From assembly GCA_023301465.1 (NCBI GenBank), contig JALZUQ010000013.1, positions 3,286 to 67,285 on the forward strand: a stretch of DNA of 64,000 bases, in the 5' to 3' direction. Below are positions 55,204-64,000 of the stretch, piece after piece. The first letter of the stretch is position 1, and the number at the start of each line of letters is the position of its first letter. This DNA is from Oligoflexales bacterium. GTDB taxonomy: Bacteria > Bdellovibrionota_B > Oligoflexia > Oligoflexales > JALZUQ01. Below the pieces are notes generated by a model. That model saw nothing but the letters and a program-made list of their open reading frames with translations. It had not been told where the DNA came from and did not search any database. The translations under genes were made by a program, and so were the position numbers.

Positions 55204-56129
55204 CAAATGAATCGCCACAAATCATTGATGACTTCAACCCTAAACTAAAAAGACAGGAGAGAGGACGCTATAAAGGGTATCCTTTATACTTCAAAAACAA
55301 ATATAAATTCTCATTAATAGATGATAAACACCCTCAATCTCTTAATAAATGGGTCTTGGATATAAAAAGAAGACCAAATACTCTACTGGTCAGTAATTTC
55401 AATTATCGCTCAAAACTCTATCTTGCAGAAATACCACTCATAGGATTAGATCAAATGTATTTAATGAGTGTACCATTTTTTGAAATGTGGGTTTTTATTT
55501 TTTCCCACGCTCAAATGCTTTTAAAATTTAATGAACCGATTGTTCTTTATCCACAAAACGACCATCAAAAAACAAAACTGCCTATTGAAATCTACAGTTT
55601 TATTTACTCATATAATTATGTTGGTGGATACGACCCAAGTGCAGAATCAAAAAACGTTGAACAATACTCCCCACTGGGTGGATTTTGGTTTACTCGAAGA
55701 AAATACGAAGGGACTCATAACCTAATAGACTTTCATGACTGGAAAGACTATGAAATCAAAAGCTATACAAAAGCATTAAATTCAATCAAAGAAGGGAAGA
55801 AAACATCAAGAAAAAGCCCTACCACACTTTACGAAATAGAAGTCTCTAAAATAAACTCCGCCTTATACCTACAAAAACAGTTTCAATATGGGAACTTTCA
55901 AAACGCTCAAGACAAAAAATATGAAACACTATTTCGCAACTGTGGAAATATCATACTAAGAAACATCATCAGCAGTATCCACAAACCAAAAACATGGATA
56001 AACAGGTTCAACCCAAAAATAATGTTAGCTTATTATTCACCTGCAAGAGTTTACTATTTCTTGAAGCATTATCAAATTTTGAAATCTGAGACCGATTTAC
56101 TGTCTTTTTTAAATCATCCAAAAAAATAA
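55200..56129 (+). CDS. Hypothetical protein
   Basis: 309-aa ORF coupled to the GNAT gene by an ATGA overlap. No recognisable motif. Confidence 0.45.
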   Translation: MTNESPQIIDDFNPKLKRQERGRYKGYPLYFKNKYKFSLIDDKHPQSLNKWVLDIKRRPNTLLVSNFNYRSKLYLAEIPLIGLDQMYLMSVPFFEMWVFIFSHAQMLLKFNEPIVLYPQNDHQKTKLPIEIYSFIYSYNYVGGYDPSAESKNVEQYSPLGGFWFTRRKYEGTHNLIDFHDWKDYEIKSYTKALNSIKEGKKTSRKSPTTLYEIEVSKINSALYLQKQFQYGNFQNAQDKKYETLFRNCGNIILRNIISSIHKPKTWINRFNPKIMLAYYSPARVYYFLKHYQILKSETDLLSFLNHPKK

Positions 56130-59100
56130 TTATAATGTCAGTTGTTCTAAATAAGTTTTAAAGGCTAAACTCCGCTCTTTAGCTCCAGTTTTTTCGTAGC
56201 CTTTTATAAGATAGTTAAGAACCTCTAAATCATCAGACTCGATCTCATAGTATTGCTCAAATTGGCTTAAGGCATTTTCAATATCATTGTTATTGAAATA
56301 ATAGACACCTACAATTTTATGAAAGTATTCACCACAAACTTCCACAGCTTTTTCTTCATACTGCAAAAGCTCAGCTAGTAATGATGATGACAAATCATTT
56401 TGATTGGAACTCGTAGCTGCATGAAACCAGTAACATTTCGTCAAAATATTAGCGTAACTATTATGCTTTTTAAAAATTTCATTTACTTCTTTAAATTTTT
56501 GTTGTTCTAACAACCCAGCAGACCACCAGTTTAAATAAGAAGTTGAAGGCTCTGAATTCATCATTTGCTCAAACTCAACAACCGATTTTTCAAACATTCT
56601 TGCTTTGAATAACAGTTCTCCTTTGGCAATTTTTTGTTCTTTATTCGTTGGCATCAGCGGTGCAATAGAATCTCTTAGACTATAAATTTTTTCAAACTGA
56701 CCTTGGTTTAAGACACTCTTTAAAAACGCAAAGGGATCTAAATCTAAATACTGTAAAGACTCCCTAATGCTTAAAGCTTCTTTTGGATAATGCTTAGAGA
56801 AAAACTCTTTTAACTCACCATCAAGTTGGTTTTGATCAGAATAAAATAAACGGGATTGCCTTACTTCCGCATACGCATTCAGATCTGTATTCACTGGGGT
56901 TTCATTAAAATTTGAGACGACCTCTTCTCTTGTCATCGCAAAAAAACTTAGTATGTCATTAATTGAATTGGCTGGAATATTATGAAGTTTTCTTTTCATT
57001 TGCGGCTTTGCCACCAGTTTTTCAAATCTTTTTGAGTTTAGTTTTAATGGCTCATGAGATCCCACAATGATCATTTCTTGATCTTCGGGGTTTGTAAAAA
57101 CTGCACCGTGTTCAAAGACTGTAAAAAATGTTTTTAAAATACTTTGGACTGCAATAGAATCAATATTATATAAATTTAACCACTGACCATAAACGCCACC
57201 TTGCGTTAAATTTTCTGAGACTATCTCAAAAAAATCTTGAGTAAAGAGGTTCGCAACACCTGCAAGCCATGAATGTGAAGGCTGAGAAACAATAATATCA
57301 AAAGGACCTCTTTGTTTTGTGGCAAGAACAAATCGTGCGTCTTCGATCTGAAGCTTTACATTTTTTCTTGCGGTAATTGGGTTATTGTTTTTATGAACAT
57401 ATTCAGCAGCGTCCATAATCCCTTGCTCTAACTCTGCAACTTGAACTAACCCAAGATCTGTTTGACTTAAAAAATCTACCGTAAAACCACCGCCATACCC
57501 AACAATAAATGAAGAATTTATATTCTTTGAGAACAGGTAAGGCAACATCCCAAGAAGAGCTTCGTAACGCGGAAACACATCAATATTATCTAAGTCATAA
57601 ATTGACTCATTTAATCCGTTTGTCTTTAGTCTTAAGTACCTATTAAAATTCTCACCTCCAGATGAATCTATAGATAAACTTGTAATTGCAGATTTACCTT
57701 CTGTAATCTGCACAAACTTTTCATCTTCGTTAAACGCATCTAACACTTCCGGGATGGATTTAAAATCGCTAGCAGAAAAATATGCACTTTTAATAATATT
57801 GGTAAAGTTTGGCTCAATCCCCCATGAACCAAGTAACAATAAAACCCCTAATGCATATGGCATGATTTTAGTGATTGAAGTGTTTTTTTGAGATGACCAC
57901 ACCCAAACCCCGGCACCAACTAGTGGGACGACAGCAATCATTGAAGCAACATGGGACCCTAAACTCGGTAATACCAATAAACCTAACCCCATCGAAGCTA
58001 AAATAGACCCAAGAGTATTTATTCCATACGCTCTACCTAAATTTAAAGATACATCTCCCCCATCATTCGTCATCGCTTTTACGATTAATGGAAATAAAAT
58101 TCCAAAGAGCAATGTGGCGGGAAACATAATGATTCCTGAAACTATTGATTTTGCAAATAAAGTCGAAACCGGCCAAATATCACTTAAGAGGACCTGTAAT
58201 GTCAAAGACATCTTTGGTGCAACATTTAATAAAGCCGTCACTGCAAAACAAACAAACGCTGTAAAAGCAAGTGAAACACCAATGGCTAGTTTAAGATTAT
58301 GGAATTTGTCAATCCAACGACTAACCATTAATGAGCCTAAAGCAATTCCAATTAAAAACAGAGCTAAGACCATTCCAATTCCAAAGATATTCGTTCCTAA
58401 AAATACAGTGAGATACTTAGTCCAAATAACTTCGAACCCAATTGCACTAAAACCTGTTACAAATGCAATGGATAAAAATTGGTAGTTCGGTAATGTTTTA
58501 ATGCTCTTTTGTACTTCTGCTTTCTTCTCAATTACTTGTTTAAACAAAGACGAATATTTTAAGTGAAGACCGTAAATCATAAGAGCAGCAATAAAGTAAA
58601 CAGCAATTGCCAAGAAGTTTGCACCATTGACACCAATATAAGGTATGAAGAAATAACTGGTACAAAAAGCTCCAGCGACTGCACCTAGGGTATTAACACC
58701 ATATAAAATACTAACTGTTTTTCCAGCTGAATTATCTTGAAGCTGAATAAATTTTACGAGTAAAGGTAAAGTAATACCCATTCCAACTGCAGGTCCTAAT
58801 ATACAAAGACCCACAAGAGAAAATTTTATGACGGCATTTAAAACAAAAAAACTTTCTCCAAAATTGAGAAAGCGAAGAAAAATATGAAACTCATTGAGGG
58901 GAAAGAAAATCAAAAGTGCATATAAGCCAACAGCAGCTTCAATCCATGCATAAACTTTGAGGTGTTCTTTTACTTTGGAGCTAAGTTTTCCACCAATATA
59001 ACCACCAATACCTAAGCCACCAAAGAAGATCCCTAAAACGATTCCCATAGCAGTGGATGTTGAACCAACACTTAGAGATAAAACTCTAATCCATACGGTC

Positions 59101-59168
59101 TCAAGAGTTAAGCTAGCTAACCCTGAACAAAAAAATACAAAAAGCAAAGCAACATTCAAGTAAGTCAT
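56130..59168 (-). CDS. Fused polytopic membrane domain / spermidine-synthase-like methyltransferase fold / TPR-like C-terminus
   Basis: 1012 aa. The N-terminal ~450 aa have more than 10 TM helices. The middle has aminopropyltransferase-like motifs (IVGYGGGFTVDFL; FDIIVSQPSHSWLAGVANLFTQDFFEIVSENLTQGGVYGQW). The C-terminal ~250 aa are helical-repeat-like. Confidence 0.7.
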   Translation of the reverse strand: MTYLNVALLFVFFCSGLASLTLETVWIRVLSLSVGSTSTAMGIVLGIFFGGLGIGGYIGGKLSSKVKEHLKVYAWIEAAVGLYALLIFFPLNEFHIFLRFLNFGESFFVLNAVIKFSLVGLCILGPAVGMGITLPLLVKFIQLQDNSAGKTVSILYGVNTLGAVAGAFCTSYFFIPYIGVNGANFLAIAVYFIAALMIYGLHLKYSSLFKQVIEKKAEVQKSIKTLPNYQFLSIAFVTGFSAIGFEVIWTKYLTVFLGTNIFGIGMVLALFLIGIALGSLMVSRWIDKFHNLKLAIGVSLAFTAFVCFAVTALLNVAPKMSLTLQVLLSDIWPVSTLFAKSIVSGIIMFPATLLFGILFPLIVKAMTNDGGDVSLNLGRAYGINTLGSILASMGLGLLVLPSLGSHVASMIAVVPLVGAGVWVWSSQKNTSITKIMPYALGVLLLLGSWGIEPNFTNIIKSAYFSASDFKSIPEVLDAFNEDEKFVQITEGKSAITSLSIDSSGGENFNRYLRLKTNGLNESIYDLDNIDVFPRYEALLGMLPYLFSKNINSSFIVGYGGGFTVDFLSQTDLGLVQVAELEQGIMDAAEYVHKNNNPITARKNVKLQIEDARFVLATKQRGPFDIIVSQPSHSWLAGVANLFTQDFFEIVSENLTQGGVYGQWLNLYNIDSIAVQSILKTFFTVFEHGAVFTNPEDQEMIIVGSHEPLKLNSKRFEKLVAKPQMKRKLHNIPANSINDILSFFAMTREEVVSNFNETPVNTDLNAYAEVRQSRLFYSDQNQLDGELKEFFSKHYPKEALSIRESLQYLDLDPFAFLKSVLNQGQFEKIYSLRDSIAPLMPTNKEQKIAKGELLFKARMFEKSVVEFEQMMNSEPSTSYLNWWSAGLLEQQKFKEVNEIFKKHNSYANILTKCYWFHAATSSNQNDLSSSLLAELLQYEEKAVEVCGEYFHKIVGVYYFNNNDIENALSQFEQYYEIESDDLEVLNYLIKGYEKTGAKERSLAFKTYLEQLTL

Positions 59169-59536
59169 CTTCCCTCAATCTCCCAAAATACCCACTTAAC
59201 ATAGCAAGTTAAGGGCCAATTATGTTAAATCACATTTTAACATGCCATATAGACCTTTCATATAAAGTGATGGTGATTTTCTGAACTTTTATTCAGAGAA
59301 AATGAATATGGTTTGGTAACAAAACTTAACCACCCTCTAACTTTTCTCAACCACCCTTAGATTAAAGTAGGCAAAAACTAACTTGCCAAAAGGCTAAAGA
59401 CAGAATGATTGCTAATATAAAAATCATTAACACGTCATAATGACTAGCTTTGCCTAAAGGTATAAACGTTGCATAATTTGATGTGAATCATTGCATTCAA
59501 CTAGATTTTTAACCAACACGGGGGGGACCGGTTTCT

Positions 59537-61492
59537 ATGAATAGAATGATAACAACTTCGCTACTTGGCTTTGCAAGTTTTGCAATGGCATTTGAGCCAG
59601 TATTTGCTCAGATGAAGCCCATGCGGCCAAAACCAAAGCCCATGCGACCCAGACCACAACCTAAACCACGTCCAAAACCACAACCTAAACCACGTCCAAA
59701 ACCACAACCTAAACCACGTCCAAAACCACAACCTAAACCACGTCCAAAACCACAACCTAAACCACGTCCAAGACCGCAACCTAAACCGCGTCCAAGACCG
59801 CAACCTAAACCACGTCCAAGACCGCAACCTAAACCGCGTCCAAGACCGCAACCTAAACCGCGTCCAAGACCGCAACCTAAACCGCGTCCAATGCCTCAAC
59901 CGAAGCCACGTCCAAGACCAATGCCTCAACCGAAGCCACGTCCAAGACCGATGCCTCAACCGAAGCCACGTCCAAGACCAATGCCTCAACCGAAGCCGCG
60001 TCCAAGACCGATGCCTCAACCGAAGCCACGCCCAAGACCGATGCCTCAACCGAAGCCACGTCCAAGACCACAACCAAAACCGCGTCCGAAGCCGCAGCCG
60101 AGACCAATGGTTAAACCAATGCGACCAATGGGACCGAAGTTTAGACCAATGCCTAAACCAAGACCAAAAGCACGTCCGCAATATAGAGGTAAAACAGGAT
60201 ACTTTTTCACAAGTAGAGGCAGCTGTGCATACTTCTTAAGAGGAAACTTCCAAAGATTTACTCTTAAATCATACTGTAGACCATTGATTGCTGGCACAGG
60301 CAGTAACTCATGTACGTATGCATATGACGGAAGGTGTGATGATGGAAGATCTGGCTCTCACTCATCTGCATGTAGGTATGGCACGGACCAAAATGATTGT
60401 AAGTACACTAAACCTTTAGCTCCTATCCCAACAGGACCTAACTCGTGTCAGTTTGCTTATGATAAACAATGTGATGATGGAAGGCTTTACGCACAGAGTT
60501 CAACTTGTGACTACGGAACGGATCAATATGATTGCAATCGTATTTTCGGACCAGCTCCACAACCGAACCCAGTAGAACCTAACTATGTTGCTACACAAAT
60601 TAAAGTGAATGTTCCTTATGGATCACAGATTAAAGTGAACGGAAACTCTGTGAAGCAAACGACAACATCTACTGAGTTTACAAAGTACAACTTATCTGAT
60701 GCACAGATAACATCTACAAATATCAGTGTTCAAATCGCTGAAAAAGATGGATATCACACTGCAAGCAGAAAAGTTTACTTAAAAGGTGGGGAGTCTCATG
60801 AGTACAATTTCTTTAACGTAAACTCACAACGTCAAAAGAATGCTAATGGAAAGACATCCATTTCCATTAAAGCACCAAAAGGATCTCAATTAACCATTTC
60901 TGGAAAAATCGTAAACATGGGTACGCAAGTAAAAGTATTCAATGCTACGAACATTCAACCGGGAATGATTTCTCAAGGGTTTAAACTTAAGGTGACTTAC
61001 AAAGCGTTAACCTCGAAAGGCTATGAATCCATCACTCACGATCGAAGTTTCACACTTGTGGGAGGCGAAGATCACTACTTGGATTTTGCAAACGAGGGAA
61101 GTATCGGTATAGCAAATCTATACACATCATTAAACACAGCAGCTTTAGGTGCTTGTGAAAAAGGTGTAAACGTAGATCTAGCACTATACGGTGGTGACTA
61201 CTACAGATTAACGAAGTACAACATCCTCGTAGATGAAAGTAATTGTGCAGACTCCAATGCACTCAATTGGGTAAAAGTTGGACCAGTTACTTACTACGCA
61301 ATATCTGTAGACACTGCTAGCAACGGTGCTTACCAGTACAGATTAAGTGATGGCACAAGAACCAACCTTGCAATTTTCTCAGATAAGTATGATGAATCAA
61401 CATTGGCTTCTGAGTTAAAATTCGCAAAACCACAGTCTGGAGAAGTTTACTACTCCAACGGTTATGAGCCAGAAGTAGAGGAGAAACCGTAA
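59537..61492 (+). CDS. Secreted Pro/Lys/Arg-repeat protein with twin Cys-rich modules and a beta-rich C-terminal region
   Basis: 651 aa with signal peptide [24 protein letters not shown] and GGGGGG upstream of the ATG. About 190 aa of PKPRPxPQ-type repeats are followed by two CxYAYDxxCDDG...C.YGTDQxDC modules. A terminator lies downstream. Confidence 0.7.
   Translation: MNRMITTSLLGFASFAMAFEPVFAQMKPMRPKPKPMRPRPQPKPRPKPQPKPRPKPQPKPRPKPQPKPRPKPQPKPRPRPQPKPRPRPQPKPRPRPQPKPRPRPQPKPRPRPQPKPRPMPQPKPRPRPMPQPKPRPRPMPQPKPRPRPMPQPKPRPRPMPQPKPRPRPMPQPKPRPRPQPKPRPKPQPRPMVKPMRPMGPKFRPMPKPRPKARPQYRGKTGYFFTSRGSCAYFLRGNFQRFTLKSYCRPLIAGTGSNSCTYAYDGRCDDGRSGSHSSACRYGTDQNDCKYTKPLAPIPTGPNSCQFAYDKQCDDGRLYAQSSTCDYGTDQYDCNRIFGPAPQPNPVEPNYVATQIKVNVPYGSQIKVNGNSVKQTTTSTEFTKYNLSDAQITSTNISVQIAEKDGYHTASRKVYLKGGESHEYNFFNVNSQRQKNANGKTSISIKAPKGSQLTISGKIVNMGTQVKVFNATNIQPGMISQGFKLKVTYKALTSKGYESITHDRSFTLVGGEDHYLDFANEGSIGIANLYTSLNTAALGACEKGVNVDLALYGGDYYRLTKYNILVDESNCADSNALNWVKVGPVTYYAISVDTASNGAYQYRLSDGTRTNLAIFSDKYDESTLASELKFAKPQSGEVYYSNGYEPEVEEKP
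59612..60185 (+). repeat. In-frame tandem repeats (24-nt and 30-nt units) encoding PKPRPKPQ / PKPRPRPQ / [10 protein letters not shown]
   Basis: Read directly. The unit ccacaacctaaaccacgtccaaaa occurs 4 times, ccgcaacctaaaccgcgtccaaga-type units 5 times, and ccaatgcctcaaccgaagccacgtccaaga-type units about 6 times, plus degenerate flanks. That is about 17 contiguous units with no spacers. Confidence 0.9.
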
Positions 61493-61526
61493 TAAATTAC
61501 GGGTAAAACTTTACAAAATAATGAGG

Positions 61527-61562
61527 CCCGGTGGACGATGTTCACCGGGTTTCATTCTTTTC
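61527..61562 (+). terminator. Rho-independent terminator
   Basis: GCCCGGTG-gacgatgtt-CACCGGGT followed by TTCATTCTTTT, about 35 nt after the stop of the repeat-protein gene. Confidence 0.6.
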
Positions 61563-61630
61563 TCAGATAGGTATTTGCTTTTAAAAGCCACTCACCTTAA
61601 AATCTGAATAGACTTTAAAAAGGACTCATT

Positions 61631-62488
61631 ATGAACCATCAAATATACACCATTACAAAAACACTCGGATTATCATTATTGATATTAGCAGCAAATAGCG
61701 TCCATTTATTCGCACAAGCTACCCCATGGCTAGGAGTAGAAATTTCTAAACATTCAAAGGGGGTTATGATTGAAGGTGTCATTGAAGGCTCATCAGCAGA
61801 CAAAGGTAAATTAGAACCGGGAGATCTTTTAACGAAGATTGACAACGTTGTTCTAAAATCACCGAAGGAACTAATTTCTTATGTCCAAAGTAAACCTGTT
61901 GGCACAAATGTAAAACTTGAATTTATGAGAAACTTAAAGCCTCAAAAGAAAATTATGAAACTCACTGCTAAACCGAGTGAGGAAGAAGCTATCAGCGAAC
62001 TACACATGAATAAACCCATGAAAGACTATGCTCTCAATGTCTTTGCATACGATCCAATCACAAAAAGTGTCAAAAATTATCAAACAAGCGTTTCTAAAAT
62101 CAAAAAGAAGTCCATTGTTCTAAAGTTTTGGGCTACATGGTGTCCAGCATGCCTGTCCACCCATTCCCTCATAAATCAAAAACTATTAAACAACAAAGAC
62201 GTTGAAGTTCTTGCCATCACGAATGAAAAAGACACAAAAGCTATTACAGACTTTATTATAACCAACAAACCAAAATTCTTAATTGTCCAAGACAAAGGCT
62301 ACGCTATTAGAAAAGAATGGTACTTTTCAGCAATACCTGCTTTTGCTGCCACAAATCAAAAAAGAGTCGTAAAATATATTAAACTTGGAACAGTAGACAC
62401 TATGAAAAAAACAGACCTCATCACAAAAAAAGAGACCGAAGTCACCGTTAGCACTGTTGATATGAGTTTTGCTACTGCAAAAAAATAA
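61631..62488 (+). CDS. Periplasmic PDZ-domain / thioredoxin-like (TlpA/redoxin) fusion protein
   Basis: 285 aa with a signal peptide. The PDZ pattern is GVMIEGVIEGSSADKGKLEPGDLLTKIDNVVLKSPKEL. The redoxin motif is LKFWATWCPACL (CxxC). Confidence 0.8.
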   Translation: MNHQIYTITKTLGLSLLILAANSVHLFAQATPWLGVEISKHSKGVMIEGVIEGSSADKGKLEPGDLLTKIDNVVLKSPKELISYVQSKPVGTNVKLEFMRNLKPQKKIMKLTAKPSEEEAISELHMNKPMKDYALNVFAYDPITKSVKNYQTSVSKIKKKSIVLKFWATWCPACLSTHSLINQKLLNNKDVEVLAITNEKDTKAITDFIITNKPKFLIVQDKGYAIRKEWYFSAIPAFAATNQKRVVKYIKLGTVDTMKKTDLITKKETEVTVSTVDMSFATAKK

Positions 62489-62509
62489 TTAAAAGAGAAA
62501 TTCCACACA

Positions 62510-62550
62510 AAAAAAAACCCCAGCAGTTTCCTGCTGGGGTTTGTATCTTT
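62510..62550. terminator. Bidirectional rho-independent terminator
   Basis: AAAAAAAAA-CCCCAGCAG-tttc-CTGCTGGGG-TTTGTATCTTT lies between convergent genes. The U-tract is especially strong for the minus-strand transcript. Confidence 0.75.
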
Positions 62551-62617
62551 CAACCAATTCATTTCGGGGGAGGACAAAACAAACTGGAGAATGAATCCAT
62601 GAATAAACCGTTTTTTC

Positions 62618-64000
62618 TTATCTTCTGCCGCCTTGTCTGCGACCGTTACGGTTTCTAAAGTTAGTTTGTCTGTTTCTTTGAAAACCTGTTTGGTTATTAA
62701 TTACTGGGTTAACTTGTTGTCCAAGTATTGGGTTTGTAACTCCAGTATTAATTAGTGGTTGATTAATACGTGGTTGAGTAAAACCTTGGCTTCCCGGTAA
62801 TTCAAGAATAACGTTTTGTACATCTAGTTGCATGACACCGATGAACTGTAAAGGGTTTGTATCAATCGCTTGCTCAGGAGTGATTTCCCAGTTTACTTCG
62901 ATCCACTCGTTGCTACCCGGTTTGTTTGCTACATAACTTACTAAAATAGTCAGTTCAGGTGTACTATCGCTTCTTCTAGAAATCAGTTCGCAGTAGTTTG
63001 CTCTTACAATTGTTGGATAAGAAGAAAATGCATTAAAATGTGCTTCTACAGTTGCCCATTGAGTTTGAGTCATAAGGTTCAATGGAGACCTGCTACAACG
63101 CTCATTTAATTGACTCAGAGTAGATTTAGCATCTTCTTTATCCGTGAAATAGTTGATAAGCATTCTTCTTTTTGCTTTTACTTGGCCAAATGCACCACCG
63201 ACCAGAGTTCCATAACCATCAGTCGCAATTGCTACATGATTATTTGCAAAGTAAGGGTCAAGCTTATGAACATTCCCGTTACCTAATGGACCTGTTGGAG
63301 TAGATTTCACACATGATTCGATAACTTTACCGTTAGCATACTGACGTTGTAGTAAATACTCAGCACCATTTGTATTTAATCCACCTGCGAAATTTGTACC
63401 AGTGTTTCCGTTACAAGTTACATCTAAGTAAGTTGCGTCAGTTCCAAACTCTGAAAAACTTGAATTTGCTGCATACTCTGAAACAAGTTTACCATACTCT
63501 TCAATCCTGCTTTGCACTAAATGCCAATCACTTGGAGTTCTAATTTGGTAGTCTGTACCAATATGGAAAAATTGATTTGATTGATTAGAAAGGTTACCTT
63601 CAACTCCAGATTGCACAACTTGACCAGCAAATGCATTTTGATAATCAAAGTTAGGGTCTACTTGACCAAAATCAACACCTTGCTGACCTTCAACCGCAAC
63701 CGGAAGACTTCCATCAGCAATAACACTACTAAAAACAAATGGGTGTGTTTTTGTATATGAAACAAATCTCTCAGAACCAATCGTTGGAACAACTGAAAGA
63801 ACATAAGACTCTTGTGGAGTAAGATCTGATAATGAAATAAGACTTGTATCTTGAACTGGGCTCCAGCCAGAAATTTCATTTCCTAAGCTGTCCTCTAGAC
63901 GAGATTCCCAAATGATAGAAGTTGAGTTGACGGTCAAAGCGTCAATATCAAGTTTGAAGTCAGCAGTCAGATCATTGATGCTGCCAGCAACAATATTAAA
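62618..64000 (-). CDS. Large hypothetical protein, N-terminus beyond the right window edge, with an Asn/Gln/Arg-rich C-terminal tail
   Basis: The reverse frame stays open from the stop at 62618 to position 64000 (FNIVAGSINDLTADFKLDIDALTVNSTS...). The track start at 63937 is therefore only an internal TTG. The C-terminus is ...NNQTGFQRNRQTNFRNRNGRRQGGRR. Confidence 0.6.
   Translation of the reverse strand, partial: FNIVAGSINDLTADFKLDIDALTVNSTSIIWESRLEDSLGNEISGWSPVQDTSLISLSDLTPQESYVLSVVPTIGSERFVSYTKTHPFVFSSVIADGSLPVAVEGQQGVDFGQVDPNFDYQNAFAGQVVQSGVEGNLSNQSNQFFHIGTDYQIRTPSDWHLVQSRIEEYGKLVSEYAANSSFSEFGTDATYLDVTCNGNTGTNFAGGLNTNGAEYLLQRQYANGKVIESCVKSTPTGPLGNGNVHKLDPYFANNHVAIATDGYGTLVGGAFGQVKAKRRMLINYFTDKEDAKSTLSQLNERCSRSPLNLMTQTQWATVEAHFNAFSSYPTIVRANYCELISRRSDSTPELTILVSYVANKPGSNEWIEVNWEITPEQAIDTNPLQFIGVMQLDVQNVILELPGSQGFTQPRINQPLINTGVTNPILGQQVNPVINNQTGFQRNRQTNFRNRNGRRQGGRR

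Noticed and set aside
59630-60110. Regular 24-30-nt direct repeats that could superficially look like a CRISPR array
   Set aside because: The units are contiguous with no unique spacers, they are in frame inside a long ORF, and there are no cas genes nearby. They are coding tandem repeats.
59561-60181. 206-aa minus-strand ORF rich in W/R/L, plus nested ORFs at 59877-60107 and 60046-60297, antisense to the Pro-rich repeats
   Set aside because: This is an artefact of CCN/AAR repeat codons staying open on the opposite strand. It lacks start context. The plus-strand gene has a signal peptide, a Shine-Dalgarno and a terminator.

Overview
This is a visibly AT-rich, densely coding chromosomal segment from a Gram-negative bacterium. 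I support about 60 CDSs. I found no rRNA, tRNA or CRISPR array and no intact mobile element. The conserved backbone is: pilMNOP (type IV pilus, minus strand, running off the left edge), nadK, a PpiD-like PPIase, the rod-shape operon mreBCD-mrdA-rodA translationally coupled to purC, rpoZ, folK, folB-pdxA-uvrA-like-ykgJ-like, a five-gene Opp/Dpp-type peptide ABC importer, cmoBA, acetoacetyl-CoA synthetase, and a heterodimeric ABC exporter. Between these blocks lie many lineage-specific exported proteins and a few decayed genes. The type IV pilus genes together with many secreted hydrolases in an AT-rich genome suggest a Bdellovibrio-and-like predatory bacterium (Bacteriovorax/Halobacteriovorax type). 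That is only an inference and needs a database search. The most unusual items are listed here. (1) A signal-peptide-bearing ~510-aa protein whose C-terminal ~100 aa look like a HigB/RelE (Gp49-type) toxin domain. It has no antitoxin and sits between a secreted M14 carboxypeptidase and a PLD-family enzyme. (2) A secreted protein with about 17 tandem PRP-rich units (PKPRPKPQ / [10 protein letters not shown]) followed by twin Cys-rich modules. (3) A 192-aa Lys/Thr/Ala-repeat, histone-H1-like protein. (4) An exported PI3K/PI4K-fold kinase-like protein. (5) A UvrA homologue that lacks the insertion domain. (6) A small decayed islet at 19.2-21.9 kb with a doubly frameshifted gene and a possible IS1595-type transposase remnant. 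I could not identify a complete new multi-gene system with confidence. The candidates are ranked honestly in the findings.
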